Assembly (NCBI GenBank): GCA_035547755.1
Contig: DASZUG010000055.1
Location: 5,562-69,561 of the forward strand
Reading direction: 5' to 3'
Length of the DNA stretch: 64,000 bases
DNA from: Rhizobiaceae bacterium
GTDB lineage: Bacteria; Pseudomonadota; Alphaproteobacteria; Rhizobiales; Rhizobiaceae
Shown: positions 38,016-47,423 of the stretch, piece after piece
Layout of the letters: every line of letters begins with the position of its first letter
Numbering within the stretch: the first letter of the stretch is position 1
Notes under the pieces: model-generated
Databases searched by the model: none
Seen by the model: the letters and a program-made list of their open reading frames with translations, nothing else
What the model was told of the DNA's origin: nothing
Made by a program: the position numbers and the translations under genes

Positions 38016-38060
38016 AAGACCGTTCCAAGCCGCCAAGGCGGCGAGGGCGGTCTTTTTTTT
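38016..38060 (+). terminator. Intrinsic terminator
   Basis: AAGACCG..GCCGCC-AA-GGCGGC..CGGTCTT followed by a long T run. Confidence 0.75.
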
Positions 38061-38194
38061 GTTCGGACTGCGAGGCAATGACAGGATCGTTGGTTCTCCG
38101 GGTCGATCCTGACCGCAGATCACCCGCCCTTGACAGATGGAGCCGAACACCACTCAATACTTGGCCTACCGGCCGGGCCACTAGGACAGTAGAC

Positions 38195-38986
38195 GTGAGG
38201 GGCGAGCGAAATCTCAACATATTGGCGCAGGTGCCGGATCTGCGTCACGGTGTCGAGCGGCGTTCAGTAAAGGATATCGTATGCGAAAAGCTTGCGCTCC
38301 TTATCGGTACAGGCGTGCTGCAGATCGGTGATCAACTCCCGGGTGAACGCGAGCTTGCTTCAGCGTTCGGAGTGAGCCGCGAAACCGTGCGCGGCGCTGT
38401 GCAGGTTCTCGCCTTGCGCGGAATCATCGACGTTTCCCACGGCGCCAGGTCGCGCATCGTCAGCACCGAGGTCGGATCGTTGCAAGCGGGCATCATGCCC
38501 CTGCACGACATTGATCACTATGGGATAGAGGACGTCCACGCCGCCAGGCTTCTGATCGAAGGCCAGGTGGTGGCGGACGCGGCGGAAAACATAGATGACG
38601 CGACCCTTGCCGCGCTTGACCGGTCTTTGATCGAACAGGAAAGGGCCAAGCACGACCCTCTGCGCTTCCTGATCTTCGACCGCGAGTTCCATAGCGCGAT
38701 CTATCATGCGGCATGCAACCAGCTGCTCGCGGATCTGGTGACCGATCTCTATGCCTATATGATGGAACACCGCCGCTCGGCCATGTCGCGTCCCGGCGCG
38801 ATCGAGGCGAGCCGCGCCGATCATCATGCGATTGTCAAAGCTCTACGGGCCAGAGACAGGGATGCGACGATAGCGGCATTTGGCCGTCACCTCGAGCGCA
38901 TATATCGTTCGACGAAAACCGTTCTGACAGATAGGAAGGGTGGCCGCCTGCCTGAGGCGAAGGCTGCAAATTCGAAGGGAGGTTGA
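38195..38986 (+). CDS. GntR/FadR family regulator (FCD); start uncertain
   Basis: GDQLPGERELASAFGVSRETVRGA HTH, DREFHSAI, HHAIV.AL. Confidence 0.9.
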   Translation: MRGERNLNILAQVPDLRHGVERRSVKDIVCEKLALLIGTGVLQIGDQLPGERELASAFGVSRETVRGAVQVLALRGIIDVSHGARSRIVSTEVGSLQAGIMPLHDIDHYGIEDVHAARLLIEGQVVADAAENIDDATLAALDRSLIEQERAKHDPLRFLIFDREFHSAIYHAACNQLLADLVTDLYAYMMEHRRSAMSRPGAIEASRADHHAIVKALRARDRDATIAAFGRHLERIYRSTKTVLTDRKGGRLPEAKAANSKGG

Positions 38987-40054
38987 ATGGCATCGGTCAC
39001 AATTCGCGACGTCCGCAAGGCTTTTGGCGCGACGGAGGTGCTGCACGGGGTTTCCGTGTCGATCGACGATGGTGAGTTCGTCATTCTCGTCGGCCCGTCG
39101 GGCTGTGGCAAGTCCACGCTTTTGCGAATGGTGGCTGGCCTCGAACGGATCACTTCGGGCGATATCGCGATCGACGACCTCATCGTCAACGACGTGCCGC
39201 CGAAGGAACGCGACATCGCGATGGTGTTCCAGAACTACGCCCTCTACCCGCATATGACGGTGGCGCAGAATATGGGCTTCTCGCTCATGCTGCAAAAAGC
39301 GTCCAAGGCGAAGATCGACGAACGGGTGAAGACGGCGGCGGGAATTCTCGGTCTCGAACCGCTGCTTGACCGCTATCCGCGCCAGCTTTCCGGCGGGCAG
39401 CGCCAGCGCGTCGCCATGGGCCGCGCTATCGTGCGCGATCCGAGAGTCTTTCTCTTTGACGAGCCGCTTTCCAATCTGGACGCCAAATTGCGGGTGGCGA
39501 TGCGCGCCGAAATCAAGGAATTGCACCATCGGCTTTCCACAACCACCATTTATGTCACCCATGATCAGGTCGAGGCGATGACGATGGCCGACAAGATCGT
39601 CGTGATGCATGACGGTATCGTCGAGCAGATCGGCGCGCCGCTCGACCTCTACGACAATCCGGCCAACCTCTTTGTCGCCAGTTTCATTGGCTCGCCGGCG
39701 ATGAATCTCATCAGCGGAAAAATCGTTGCCAATGGTTCGGCCACCTTCGAAACGGCAAGCGGCGAGAAACTGCCGCTCGGGAACGCGCCGGCCGCGAGCG
39801 ACGGCAAGCCCGTCGTCTATGGATTCCGACCGGAACATCTTCGTCTCGATGATCAGGGATTTGCCGCGAAAATCGCGGTGGTCGAGCCGATGGGATCGGA
39901 AACCCATGTGATCGCGCGTCTGGGCGATGGCCAGGAAATCGTGGCGGCGCTGCGCGACAGGCGGAAATTCGAGCCGGGCGAGACGATCAGGCTCCTGCCG
40001 GAGCCCGATCTCGTCCATTTCTTCGACGAGGGCAGCCAGAAGCGCCTTCAATGA
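38987..40054 (+). CDS. Carbohydrate ABC transporter ATPase (MalK/UgpC family)
   Basis: [39 protein letters not shown] domain. Confidence 0.96.
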   Translation: MASVTIRDVRKAFGATEVLHGVSVSIDDGEFVILVGPSGCGKSTLLRMVAGLERITSGDIAIDDLIVNDVPPKERDIAMVFQNYALYPHMTVAQNMGFSLMLQKASKAKIDERVKTAAGILGLEPLLDRYPRQLSGGQRQRVAMGRAIVRDPRVFLFDEPLSNLDAKLRVAMRAEIKELHHRLSTTTIYVTHDQVEAMTMADKIVVMHDGIVEQIGAPLDLYDNPANLFVASFIGSPAMNLISGKIVANGSATFETASGEKLPLGNAPAASDGKPVVYGFRPEHLRLDDQGFAAKIAVVEPMGSETHVIARLGDGQEIVAALRDRRKFEPGETIRLLPEPDLVHFFDEGSQKRLQ

Positions 40055-40111
40055 ATGCGGGCGGGCGGATAAAGGCCCGACTGACGATTGCTCACGCAAA
40101 GGGAGAGAGAA

Positions 40112-41431
40112 ATGAGCATTAACAGACGTGACCTTATCCGGACGACCGCCGGGCTTGCGGTGGGCGCCGCGAGCGCCGGTCTTATCGGAGCTTCAGCGGC
40201 CAGAGCCGAGGACTCCTTCGATATCAAGCCGGAAAAGGGCGCATCGCTGCGCGTCACCCGCTGGTCGCCTTTCGTCAGCGGCGACGAAAAGCAATGGCTG
40301 GCGAATACGCAGCAATTCACCAAGGACACCGGCATCGAGGTCAGGATCGACAAGGAAAGCTGGGAAGACATCCGCCCCAAAGCAGCGGTGGCGGCGAATG
40401 TCGGTTCGGGACCGGACATCATGTGGGTCTGGTTCGACGACCCGCAGCAATATCCCGACAAACTGCTCGACGTCACCGATCTCGCCAACTATCTCGGCAA
40501 CAAATATGGCGGCTGGTATGACGGCCCGAAGGCCTATGCGACCAATGATGGCAAATTCGTCGGGCTGCCGATCGCGACAATCGGCAACGCCATTGTTTAC
40601 CGCAAGAGCATCGTCGAGAAGGCCGGCTTCAGTGAGTTCCCGAAGGATACGGACGGGTTCCTGAAGCTCTGCCAGGCATTGAAGTCCAAGGGGCTCACGC
40701 CCGCCGGCTTCACCCATGGTCACGGCGTGGGCGACGGCAACAACTACGCACATTGGCTTCTGTGGAGCCATGGCGGCGCCATGGTGGACGAGAAATCCAA
40801 TGTCACCATCGACAGCCCGGAGAGCATCGAGGCGATCAAATATGCGGCCGAACTCTACAAGACCTTCATTCCGGGCACGGAAAGCTGGCTCGACGTCAAC
40901 AACAACCGCGCCTTCCTCGCCGGCAAGGTTTCGGTGATCGCCAACGGTGTCTCCGTTTATTATTCGGCGGCCAGCGATCCGAAGCTCAAGGCCATCGCCG
41001 ATGATATCGGCACGACCAATCTGCCTGTCGGCAAGAGCGGCAAGGATGTCGAACTGCATCAGGTGACGAGCGCGGTGATCTTCAAATACACGAAGTATCC
41101 AAACGCGGCGAAGCTCTACCTGAAATACATGTTCGAAAAGCCGCAAATGTCGAAATGGATCGAATCCTCGAGCGCCTATTGCTGCCAGACGCTGAAGGCC
41201 TATGCCGACAATCCGATCTGGACGGCCAATCCGGTCTTCGCGCCCTATGCGAAGGCGTCGGAAACGCTGAGGACGAACGGCTATGCCGGACCGCTCGGAC
41301 CGGCGTCAGCGGGCGTCATGGCCGATTACGTGCTCGTCGACATGTTCGCCGAGGCCGTGACCGGGCAGCAATCGCCGAAGCAGGCGGCCGCGCGCGCCGC
41401 CGAGCGCGCCAAGCGCTATTACAAGAGCTGA
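40112..41431 (+). CDS. Carbohydrate ABC substrate-binding protein, Tat signal
   Basis: NRRDL twin-arginine signal; SBP_bac_1-like sequence; operon context. Confidence 0.9.
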   Translation: MSINRRDLIRTTAGLAVGAASAGLIGASAARAEDSFDIKPEKGASLRVTRWSPFVSGDEKQWLANTQQFTKDTGIEVRIDKESWEDIRPKAAVAANVGSGPDIMWVWFDDPQQYPDKLLDVTDLANYLGNKYGGWYDGPKAYATNDGKFVGLPIATIGNAIVYRKSIVEKAGFSEFPKDTDGFLKLCQALKSKGLTPAGFTHGHGVGDGNNYAHWLLWSHGGAMVDEKSNVTIDSPESIEAIKYAAELYKTFIPGTESWLDVNNNRAFLAGKVSVIANGVSVYYSAASDPKLKAIADDIGTTNLPVGKSGKDVELHQVTSAVIFKYTKYPNAAKLYLKYMFEKPQMSKWIESSSAYCCQTLKAYADNPIWTANPVFAPYAKASETLRTNGYAGPLGPASAGVMADYVLVDMFAEAVTGQQSPKQAAARAAERAKRYYKS

Positions 41432-41549
41432 TGTGAAGCGGTCGGAGTGGTTTCCGGCCGGCGAATCAGGGGGCCCGGCTAAGCCGGGCCTTCCACACCG
41501 AAGCGAGCGGCGGGAACAGATTGCGGCTGCGACAATACGGGAAGACTTC

Positions 41550-42497
41550 ATGAGCCAAACAGCACAGCTCGTCCTCAGACGTGCTCCTCGGCGAGGCGGA
41601 TTTTCGAGGTTCATCGAAAACAGAAACGTCCTCGGGCTTATCTTCCTGCTGCCGGCAGCTGCCTTCCTGCTGATCTTCCTCACCTATCCGCTGGGTCTCG
41701 GCGTCTGGCTCGGCTTTACCGATACGCAAATCGGGCGGGCGGGAAGCTTTGTCGGCCTCGACAATTATCGTTACCTCATCGGCGACAATGTCTTCCGCCT
41801 CGTGGTGTTCAACACGATCCTCTACACCGTCGTGGCGTCCGTCATAAAGTTCGCGCTCGGCCTATGGCTGGCGCTCATCCTCAATGAAAAGCTCCCGTTC
41901 AAAGCGTTTTTCCGAGCTATCATCCTGCTGCCCTGGGTCGTGCCGACCGTGCTTTCGGCGATCGCCTTCTGGTGGATTTACGACGCGCAGTTCTCGATCA
42001 TCTCCTATTCGCTCATCCATCTCGGGCTGATCGACCACCCGATCAATTTCCTCGGCGATCCGACGCTGGCGCGTGGCTCGGTGATCGCGGCCAATATCTG
42101 GCGCGGAATTCCCTTCGTCGCGATCACGCTGCTTGCCGGTTTGCAGACGATTTCGCCGTCGCTCTACGAGGCTGCGACGCTCGATGGAGCGAATGGCTGG
42201 CAACGCTTCCGTCATGTGACGCTGCCGATGCTGACGCCGATCATCGCGGTCGTGATGACATTCTCGGTGATCTTCACCTTTACGGATTTCCAGCTGATCT
42301 ATGTCCTGACTCGCGGCGGCCCGGTCAACGCAACGCACCTTCTGGCGACATTGTCGTTCCAGAGGGCTATTCCCGGCGGCCATCTCGGCGAGGGCGCGGC
42401 GATCGCCATCTCGATGATCCCGTTCCTGCTGGCGGCGATCATGTTCAGCTATTTCGGCATGCAGAGACGACGCTGGCAGCAGGGAGGGCGCGACTGA
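41550..42497 (+). CDS. Carbohydrate ABC permease
   Basis: GLQTISPSLYEAATLDGANGWQRFRHVTLP EAA motif. Confidence 0.93.
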   Translation: MSQTAQLVLRRAPRRGGFSRFIENRNVLGLIFLLPAAAFLLIFLTYPLGLGVWLGFTDTQIGRAGSFVGLDNYRYLIGDNVFRLVVFNTILYTVVASVIKFALGLWLALILNEKLPFKAFFRAIILLPWVVPTVLSAIAFWWIYDAQFSIISYSLIHLGLIDHPINFLGDPTLARGSVIAANIWRGIPFVAITLLAGLQTISPSLYEAATLDGANGWQRFRHVTLPMLTPIIAVVMTFSVIFTFTDFQLIYVLTRGGPVNATHLLATLSFQRAIPGGHLGEGAAIAISMIPFLLAAIMFSYFGMQRRRWQQGGRD

Positions 42498-43396
42498 TGG
42501 CACAGACGACGACATCAGCCGTGGTTGCCGTGCGGGGCGACGAAGGCGGCATGGACTATCTGACGAAACTGCCGCGTCGCGTCGTGACGATCTATCTGCC
42601 GCTCGCGGTCTTCCTGTTCGTGCTCTTGTTCCCGTTCTACTGGATGACGATCACGGCCATAAAGCCGAACCACGAATTGACGGATTATCAGCATTTCAGC
42701 CCGTTCTGGGTGGTGCATCCGACGCTCGAACACATCAAATACCTGCTCTTCGACACCGATTATCCGGCCTGGCTCTGGAACACGATGCTCGTCACCGTCG
42801 GCTCGACGGTTATCTCCGTCATCGTCTCCGTGCTCGCGGCCTATTCGATCGAAAGGCTGCGGTTCAGCGGTTCGCGCACGGTCGGCCTCGTCATCTTCCT
42901 CGCCTATCTCGTGCCGCCGTCGATCCTGTTCATCCCGCTGGCCCTGATGGTCTTCAAGCTCGGACTCTATGACAGCGAATGGGCGCTGATCCTCACCTAT
43001 CCGACCTTTCTCATCCCGTTCTGCACCTGGCTTTTGATGGGCTATTTCCGCACTATCCCCTTTGAACTGGAGGAGTGTGCGCTGATGGACGGGGCAAACC
43101 GCTGGCAGATCCTCGCCAAGGTGATCCTGCCGCTTTCCGTGCCGGGGCTGATCTCGGCCGGCATCTTCGCCTTCACGCTCTCCTGGAACGAGTTCATCTA
43201 TGCCCTGACTTTCATCCAGTCCTCGGAGAACAAGACCGTGCCGGTCGGCGTGCTGACGGAACTGGTCAGGAGCGACGTCTATGAATGGGGATCGTTGATG
43301 GCGGGCGCGCTTTTCGGCTCGCTGCCGGTCGTGATCCTCTATTCGTTCTTCGTCGATTATTACGTTTCGTCGATGACCGGGGCGGTCAAGGAATAG
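42497..43396 (+). CDS. Carbohydrate ABC permease
   Basis: IPFELEECALMDGA, WNEF, TVPVG; TGATG overlap. Confidence 0.93.
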   Translation: MAQTTTSAVVAVRGDEGGMDYLTKLPRRVVTIYLPLAVFLFVLLFPFYWMTITAIKPNHELTDYQHFSPFWVVHPTLEHIKYLLFDTDYPAWLWNTMLVTVGSTVISVIVSVLAAYSIERLRFSGSRTVGLVIFLAYLVPPSILFIPLALMVFKLGLYDSEWALILTYPTFLIPFCTWLLMGYFRTIPFELEECALMDGANRWQILAKVILPLSVPGLISAGIFAFTLSWNEFIYALTFIQSSENKTVPVGVLTELVRSDVYEWGSLMAGALFGSLPVVILYSFFVDYYVSSMTGAVKE

Positions 43397-43410
43397 GGTA
43401 GGCATTCTCG

Positions 43411-44487
43411 ATGAGAAATTATCGCATCGCGGCGATTCCCGGCGACGGGATCGGCAAGGAGGTCGTTGCGGCGGGACTGGAAGTGCTCGAAGCCTCCGCG
43501 GCGCGCGACGGCGGCTTTTCCGTCGAGGTCGAGCCCTTCGATTGGGGCTCGGAACGCTACAAGCGCGAGGGCGCTTTCCTGCCGGAAGATGGTGTGGAGC
43601 GGCTTAGAGCCTTCGACGCGATCCTCTTCGGCGCCGTCGGGGCGCCCGACGTTCCCGACCACGTGACGCTATGGGGCTTGCGGCTCGCCATCTGCCAGAC
43701 GCTCGATCAATATGCCAACGCCCGGCCGACGCGTATCCTGCCGGGCATAACAAGCCCGCTTCGGAACGCCGGTGCGGATAGCCTCGACTGGGTGATCGTG
43801 CGCGAGAATTCCGAAGGCGAATATGCGGGGCAGGGCGGCCGTACGCATCGCGGGCTGCCGGAGGAGGTCGCGACCGATGTCGCGATCCACACCCGCGCGG
43901 GCATCACGCGCATCATGCGCTTTGCCTTCGGCCTGGCATGCTCGCGCCCGCGCAAGCTCCTGACGGTTGTCACCAAATCGAATGCGCAGCGCCATGGCAT
44001 GGTGCTCTGGGACGAGATCGCAAAGGAAGTGGCCAACGAATTTCCTGATGTCACCTGGGACAAGATGCTGGTCGATGCGATGACGGTGCGCATGGTGATG
44101 AACCCCCGCTCACTCGATACGATCGTGGCGACCAACCTTCATGCCGACATCCTGTCCGATCTTGCGGCCGCGCTTGCCGGGTCGATCGGCATCGCGCCGA
44201 CAGCGAACCTCAATCCCGAACGCAAGACGCCCTCCATGTTCGAGCCGATCCACGGCTCGGCTTTCGATATTACTGGCAAGGGGATCGCGAATCCGATCGG
44301 CACGTTCTGGAGCGCGGTGATGATGTTCGATCATCTCGGCGAGAAGGATGCCGCCGCAAGGCTGATGGCCGCGGTCGAGCGCGTGACGGCCGATCCGGCG
44401 CTGCATACGCCCGATCTCGGCGGCAAAGCGACGACGCGCGACGTTACCGATGCCGTGCTCGCGGCCATACACGGCCAGAACGCCTGA
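43411..44487 (+). CDS. Tartrate/D-malate dehydrogenase (beta-decarboxylating dehydrogenase family)
   Basis: IPGDGIGKEV, VPDHVTLWGL, RENSEGEY, TKSNAQ, DILSDLAA, FEPIHGSAFDI. Confidence 0.88.
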   Translation: MRNYRIAAIPGDGIGKEVVAAGLEVLEASAARDGGFSVEVEPFDWGSERYKREGAFLPEDGVERLRAFDAILFGAVGAPDVPDHVTLWGLRLAICQTLDQYANARPTRILPGITSPLRNAGADSLDWVIVRENSEGEYAGQGGRTHRGLPEEVATDVAIHTRAGITRIMRFAFGLACSRPRKLLTVVTKSNAQRHGMVLWDEIAKEVANEFPDVTWDKMLVDAMTVRMVMNPRSLDTIVATNLHADILSDLAAALAGSIGIAPTANLNPERKTPSMFEPIHGSAFDITGKGIANPIGTFWSAVMMFDHLGEKDAAARLMAAVERVTADPALHTPDLGGKATTRDVTDAVLAAIHGQNA

Positions 44488-44509
44488 AGGGAAGGAATTC
44501 TTCGCTCCG

Positions 44510-45616
44510 TTATGAGGGGAGCGGCAGGCCGCGAAGGCTTGCCATCAGCAGCGCCAGTCCGAACAGAATGACGAGTAGTGCGCCGCCGATCTCGAAGGCG
44601 GAAGTGATGTAGCCGCCGAGTTGGCCACCTCCGGAAATCCGCACCGCAATGTTCTTGGCCGTTACGGCAAGTGTGGCGAGGATCGAGACGGTGATCGCCG
44701 TGCCAAGAGCCATCGCGAGGACAGAGGCGACGCCGCCGGCATAGATGCCGTTCAGGAAGGCGAAGGTCAATACGATCAGAGCGCCTGAACAGGGTCTTAA
44801 GCCCACAGCGGTCACGGCCGTCCATGCTGTTCGCCAGTCGAAGGTTTCACCGCCGAGAAGCGCTGGATCTGGCGCATGGCTGTGGCCGCAAATGTCGCAA
44901 ACCTCGCCCTCGGCATGGCTGTGCGCGTGACGGTGGTCATTTTCGCCGACGTGGCCGTGATCATGATGGTGATCTGCGGCATGACCATGCCCCCCATGCG
45001 TGTGCGCGGCGTCGTGCACATGGGCGGCAGAGAGGCTTGCTGTAGCGGGTATTTTCCCTCTGCGATTTCGCCACAGCGTGGCGAGTTTGCGCCAGAGCAA
45101 CCATAGGCCGAAGCCGACCACCATGGCGTAACTGACGATCTCCACTGCCCAGGTCGTATCGGTTACGGACCATGACGTGCCACGCAAAACGAGGAATGCC
45201 AGCATTATAAGGACGATAGCGGTGATCGCCTGGATCGCCGCCGAGAGGAAAGAGAGAACGACGCCGCGTCTGAGCGCGATCTCATTGGCGAGCATATAGG
45301 ACGAGATAACCGCCTTTCCGTGTCCCGGGCCGGCGGCATGGAAAACGCCGTAGATAAAGGAGATGCCGATCAGCCACCAGGCCTCGCCCGGATCGTGACG
45401 CATCGTTTCAAGCACCTTGGTGAGCGACCGGTAGAATTCCTGCTGATGGACATTGATCCATTGCATGAAGATAGGAAACGGGCCGGCGGGTGTGATCATC
45501 GGCTCCGCCGCTCCGATGCCGAGCGAACTTTGCGCATGTGCTTGAGCCGACAATGCGGCCGATGCTGCGGCGCCGATCGCCAAGCCGAGAATGCTTTTCG
45601 CCGCGGTCCCCCTCAT
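44510..45616 (-). CDS. Nickel/cobalt transporter (NiCoT/RcnA-like, ZevB-like) with His-rich loop
   Basis: FHAAGPGHGKAVI, His-rich loop, CGHSH, GLRPCSGAL, ALGTAIT. Confidence 0.9.
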   Translation of the reverse strand: MRGTAAKSILGLAIGAAASAALSAQAHAQSSLGIGAAEPMITPAGPFPIFMQWINVHQQEFYRSLTKVLETMRHDPGEAWWLIGISFIYGVFHAAGPGHGKAVISSYMLANEIALRRGVVLSFLSAAIQAITAIVLIMLAFLVLRGTSWSVTDTTWAVEIVSYAMVVGFGLWLLWRKLATLWRNRRGKIPATASLSAAHVHDAAHTHGGHGHAADHHHDHGHVGENDHRHAHSHAEGEVCDICGHSHAPDPALLGGETFDWRTAWTAVTAVGLRPCSGALIVLTFAFLNGIYAGGVASVLAMALGTAITVSILATLAVTAKNIAVRISGGGQLGGYITSAFEIGGALLVILFGLALLMASLRGLPLPS

Positions 45617-45621
45617 GGGCT

Positions 45622-46332
45622 TCAATCCTTGCATTCCAGTTGCAGCTTGGTCGCGAAAATCTGGCTGAGATTGGTCGGGTCGGCGAAGAAGGAGTCCGTC
45701 AGCGACGAACGATTTTGCGCAATCGCCGTGTCGGGATCGGGCCGGATAACGCGTCTGGTGCAGTCCGACGGCAGATTCTTCACCTGCATATCCTCGTCCT
45801 TGAGGAAATCGATCGCCGTATAGAAGGTGGGGTCATAGATACCGAAATCCGTCCTGCCAGCCACCAACCGGAGCGGCGTCTTCGGATGTGTTTCGAAAAA
45901 AACGATCAGTTGCCCGTCCTTGAAGCTCGCCATCAGCTTGGCAGGGGCCTGCATCGGGACGTCCTTGCCATTCTGCTTCACGACTTGGAAATAATTATAG
46001 TCGGCGAGCGAATCGTGGATCGTCTTGGCGACGGTTTCCAATTCGGAATTCTCCAACTTCAGATCCTTGTTCTTGTCGAATTCGAGAAGGACCGTCGAAG
46101 AAAAGACCTCGTCGAAGCGCCAGACATGGTGCAGCGCCCGGACGGTTCGATCCGGACCGATGACGAGTTCGAGCCTCGCTTCGGCAAAGACATGCGGATG
46201 GGCCGATGCTGGCGCCATTGCGAAAAGCGAGATGAGGCAAGACGCCAGGAAGACTCCCGATTTCGCGAGGCTTCTCACAGCGATCCGCAGTGCCGTTCGA
46301 TGAAGCGTTTGCAACAATCCCATGCAGGCCAA
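45622..46332 (-). CDS. DUF1007 family periplasmic protein (ZevA-like); true start likely downstream of 46332
   Basis: Signal then HPHVF, WRFDE..S, YDPTFY; adjacent to NiCoT. Confidence 0.85.
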   Translation of the reverse strand: MACMGLLQTLHRTALRIAVRSLAKSGVFLASCLISLFAMAPASAHPHVFAEARLELVIGPDRTVRALHHVWRFDEVFSSTVLLEFDKNKDLKLENSELETVAKTIHDSLADYNYFQVVKQNGKDVPMQAPAKLMASFKDGQLIVFFETHPKTPLRLVAGRTDFGIYDPTFYTAIDFLKDEDMQVKNLPSDCTRRVIRPDPDTAIAQNRSSLTDSFFADPTNLSQIFATKLQLECKD

Positions 46333-46464
46333 CTCTGTCGGAAGCGTCGTTGCAAGTGCCCGAATCAGCTTGTCGATATGGCGGGACCGCCCAGACTTCC
46401 TCAGGTGGAAAGCAGGCAGAAATGGGACTTCACCCTATCGAGGCGTATTATTGATGTTCCCGCT

Positions 46465-47415
46465 TCATGGGACAGATGCGTCGGTCTTGATCACACGCGC
46501 CGGCGCGGCTCGCCTTTCCGGATCGCACCTTTTGAACCATTGCGCCAGGTAATCAACCAGGACCCTGACCTTGGCGGGCAGGTAGCGCCTGTGCGGATAA
46601 ACAGCGAAAATGCCGCTGCCTTCTGTGCAGATATGCTCGTCAAGAACCGTCACTAACCGGCCGCTTTCAATCTCTTCGGCGGCGATGAAGTCTGGCAGCA
46701 TGGCATAGCCGAGGCCGGCGAGCGCCGCCGTTTTGGCGGTGAGCGGGCTGTTGACCTCGATCGGTCCCGAAACCGGAACGCTCAGGGTTCCGCCATTCTC
46801 CCCAATGAACGGCCAGTTCGACAGCCAGCGCCCATTGGTATCGACGATACAGGGGAGATGCGCCATATCCTGCGGCTTCAGAGGGCGGCCCCTTTTCGCG
46901 ATCAGTTCCGGCGATGCACAGAGCCTGACGGAGAACGGCGCAAGCTTCCTGGCGATGAGAGAAGAGTTTTCGAGCCGGGTGATGCGGATGGCGAGATCGA
47001 ACCCTTCCTCGACCAGATCAACGAAACGATCATCGAGATGAATATCGAGCGTGATGTCGGGATAGGCTTTGGCAAAGTCGATGAGCGATTGCCCGATCTC
47101 GACATCGGCGAAAGTACGTGGCGCCGAAAGCTTGATCCTGCCGCGTACGTCCCTGGCGGATTCACGCACGCTGTCAGCGAGACTGTCGATCTCCCTGATA
47201 ATCTCGGAGGCGCGGGCGAAATAGGTGTGGCCCGCCTCCGTGAGGGAGAACTGACGTGTCGTGCGGTTGAGAAGCAGCGCGCCGAGTTCGTCCTCCAACT
47301 CACGCACATATTTGGACAGGAGCGCCTTGGAACGGCCGATCTTGCGGGCGGCCGCGGAGAAACCTTCGGCCTCGACCACGTCGATGAAGGCGCGCATGCG
47401 GGTGAGCGTGTCCAT
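46465..47415 (-). CDS. LysR family regulator
   Basis: FSAAARKIG.SKALLSKYVRELE, LLNRTTR, DLVEEGFDLAIR. Confidence 0.95.
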   Translation of the reverse strand: MDTLTRMRAFIDVVEAEGFSAAARKIGRSKALLSKYVRELEDELGALLLNRTTRQFSLTEAGHTYFARASEIIREIDSLADSVRESARDVRGRIKLSAPRTFADVEIGQSLIDFAKAYPDITLDIHLDDRFVDLVEEGFDLAIRITRLENSSLIARKLAPFSVRLCASPELIAKRGRPLKPQDMAHLPCIVDTNGRWLSNWPFIGENGGTLSVPVSGPIEVNSPLTAKTAALAGLGYAMLPDFIAAEEIESGRLVTVLDEHICTEGSGIFAVYPHRRYLPAKVRVLVDYLAQWFKRCDPERRAAPARVIKTDASVP

Positions 47416-47423
47416 TGCGCGTT

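Noticed and set aside
38162-38180. TGGCC-N9-GGCCA as a GntR/FadR operator
   Set aside because: A short GC-rich palindrome is likely by chance, and the gene start is uncertain.
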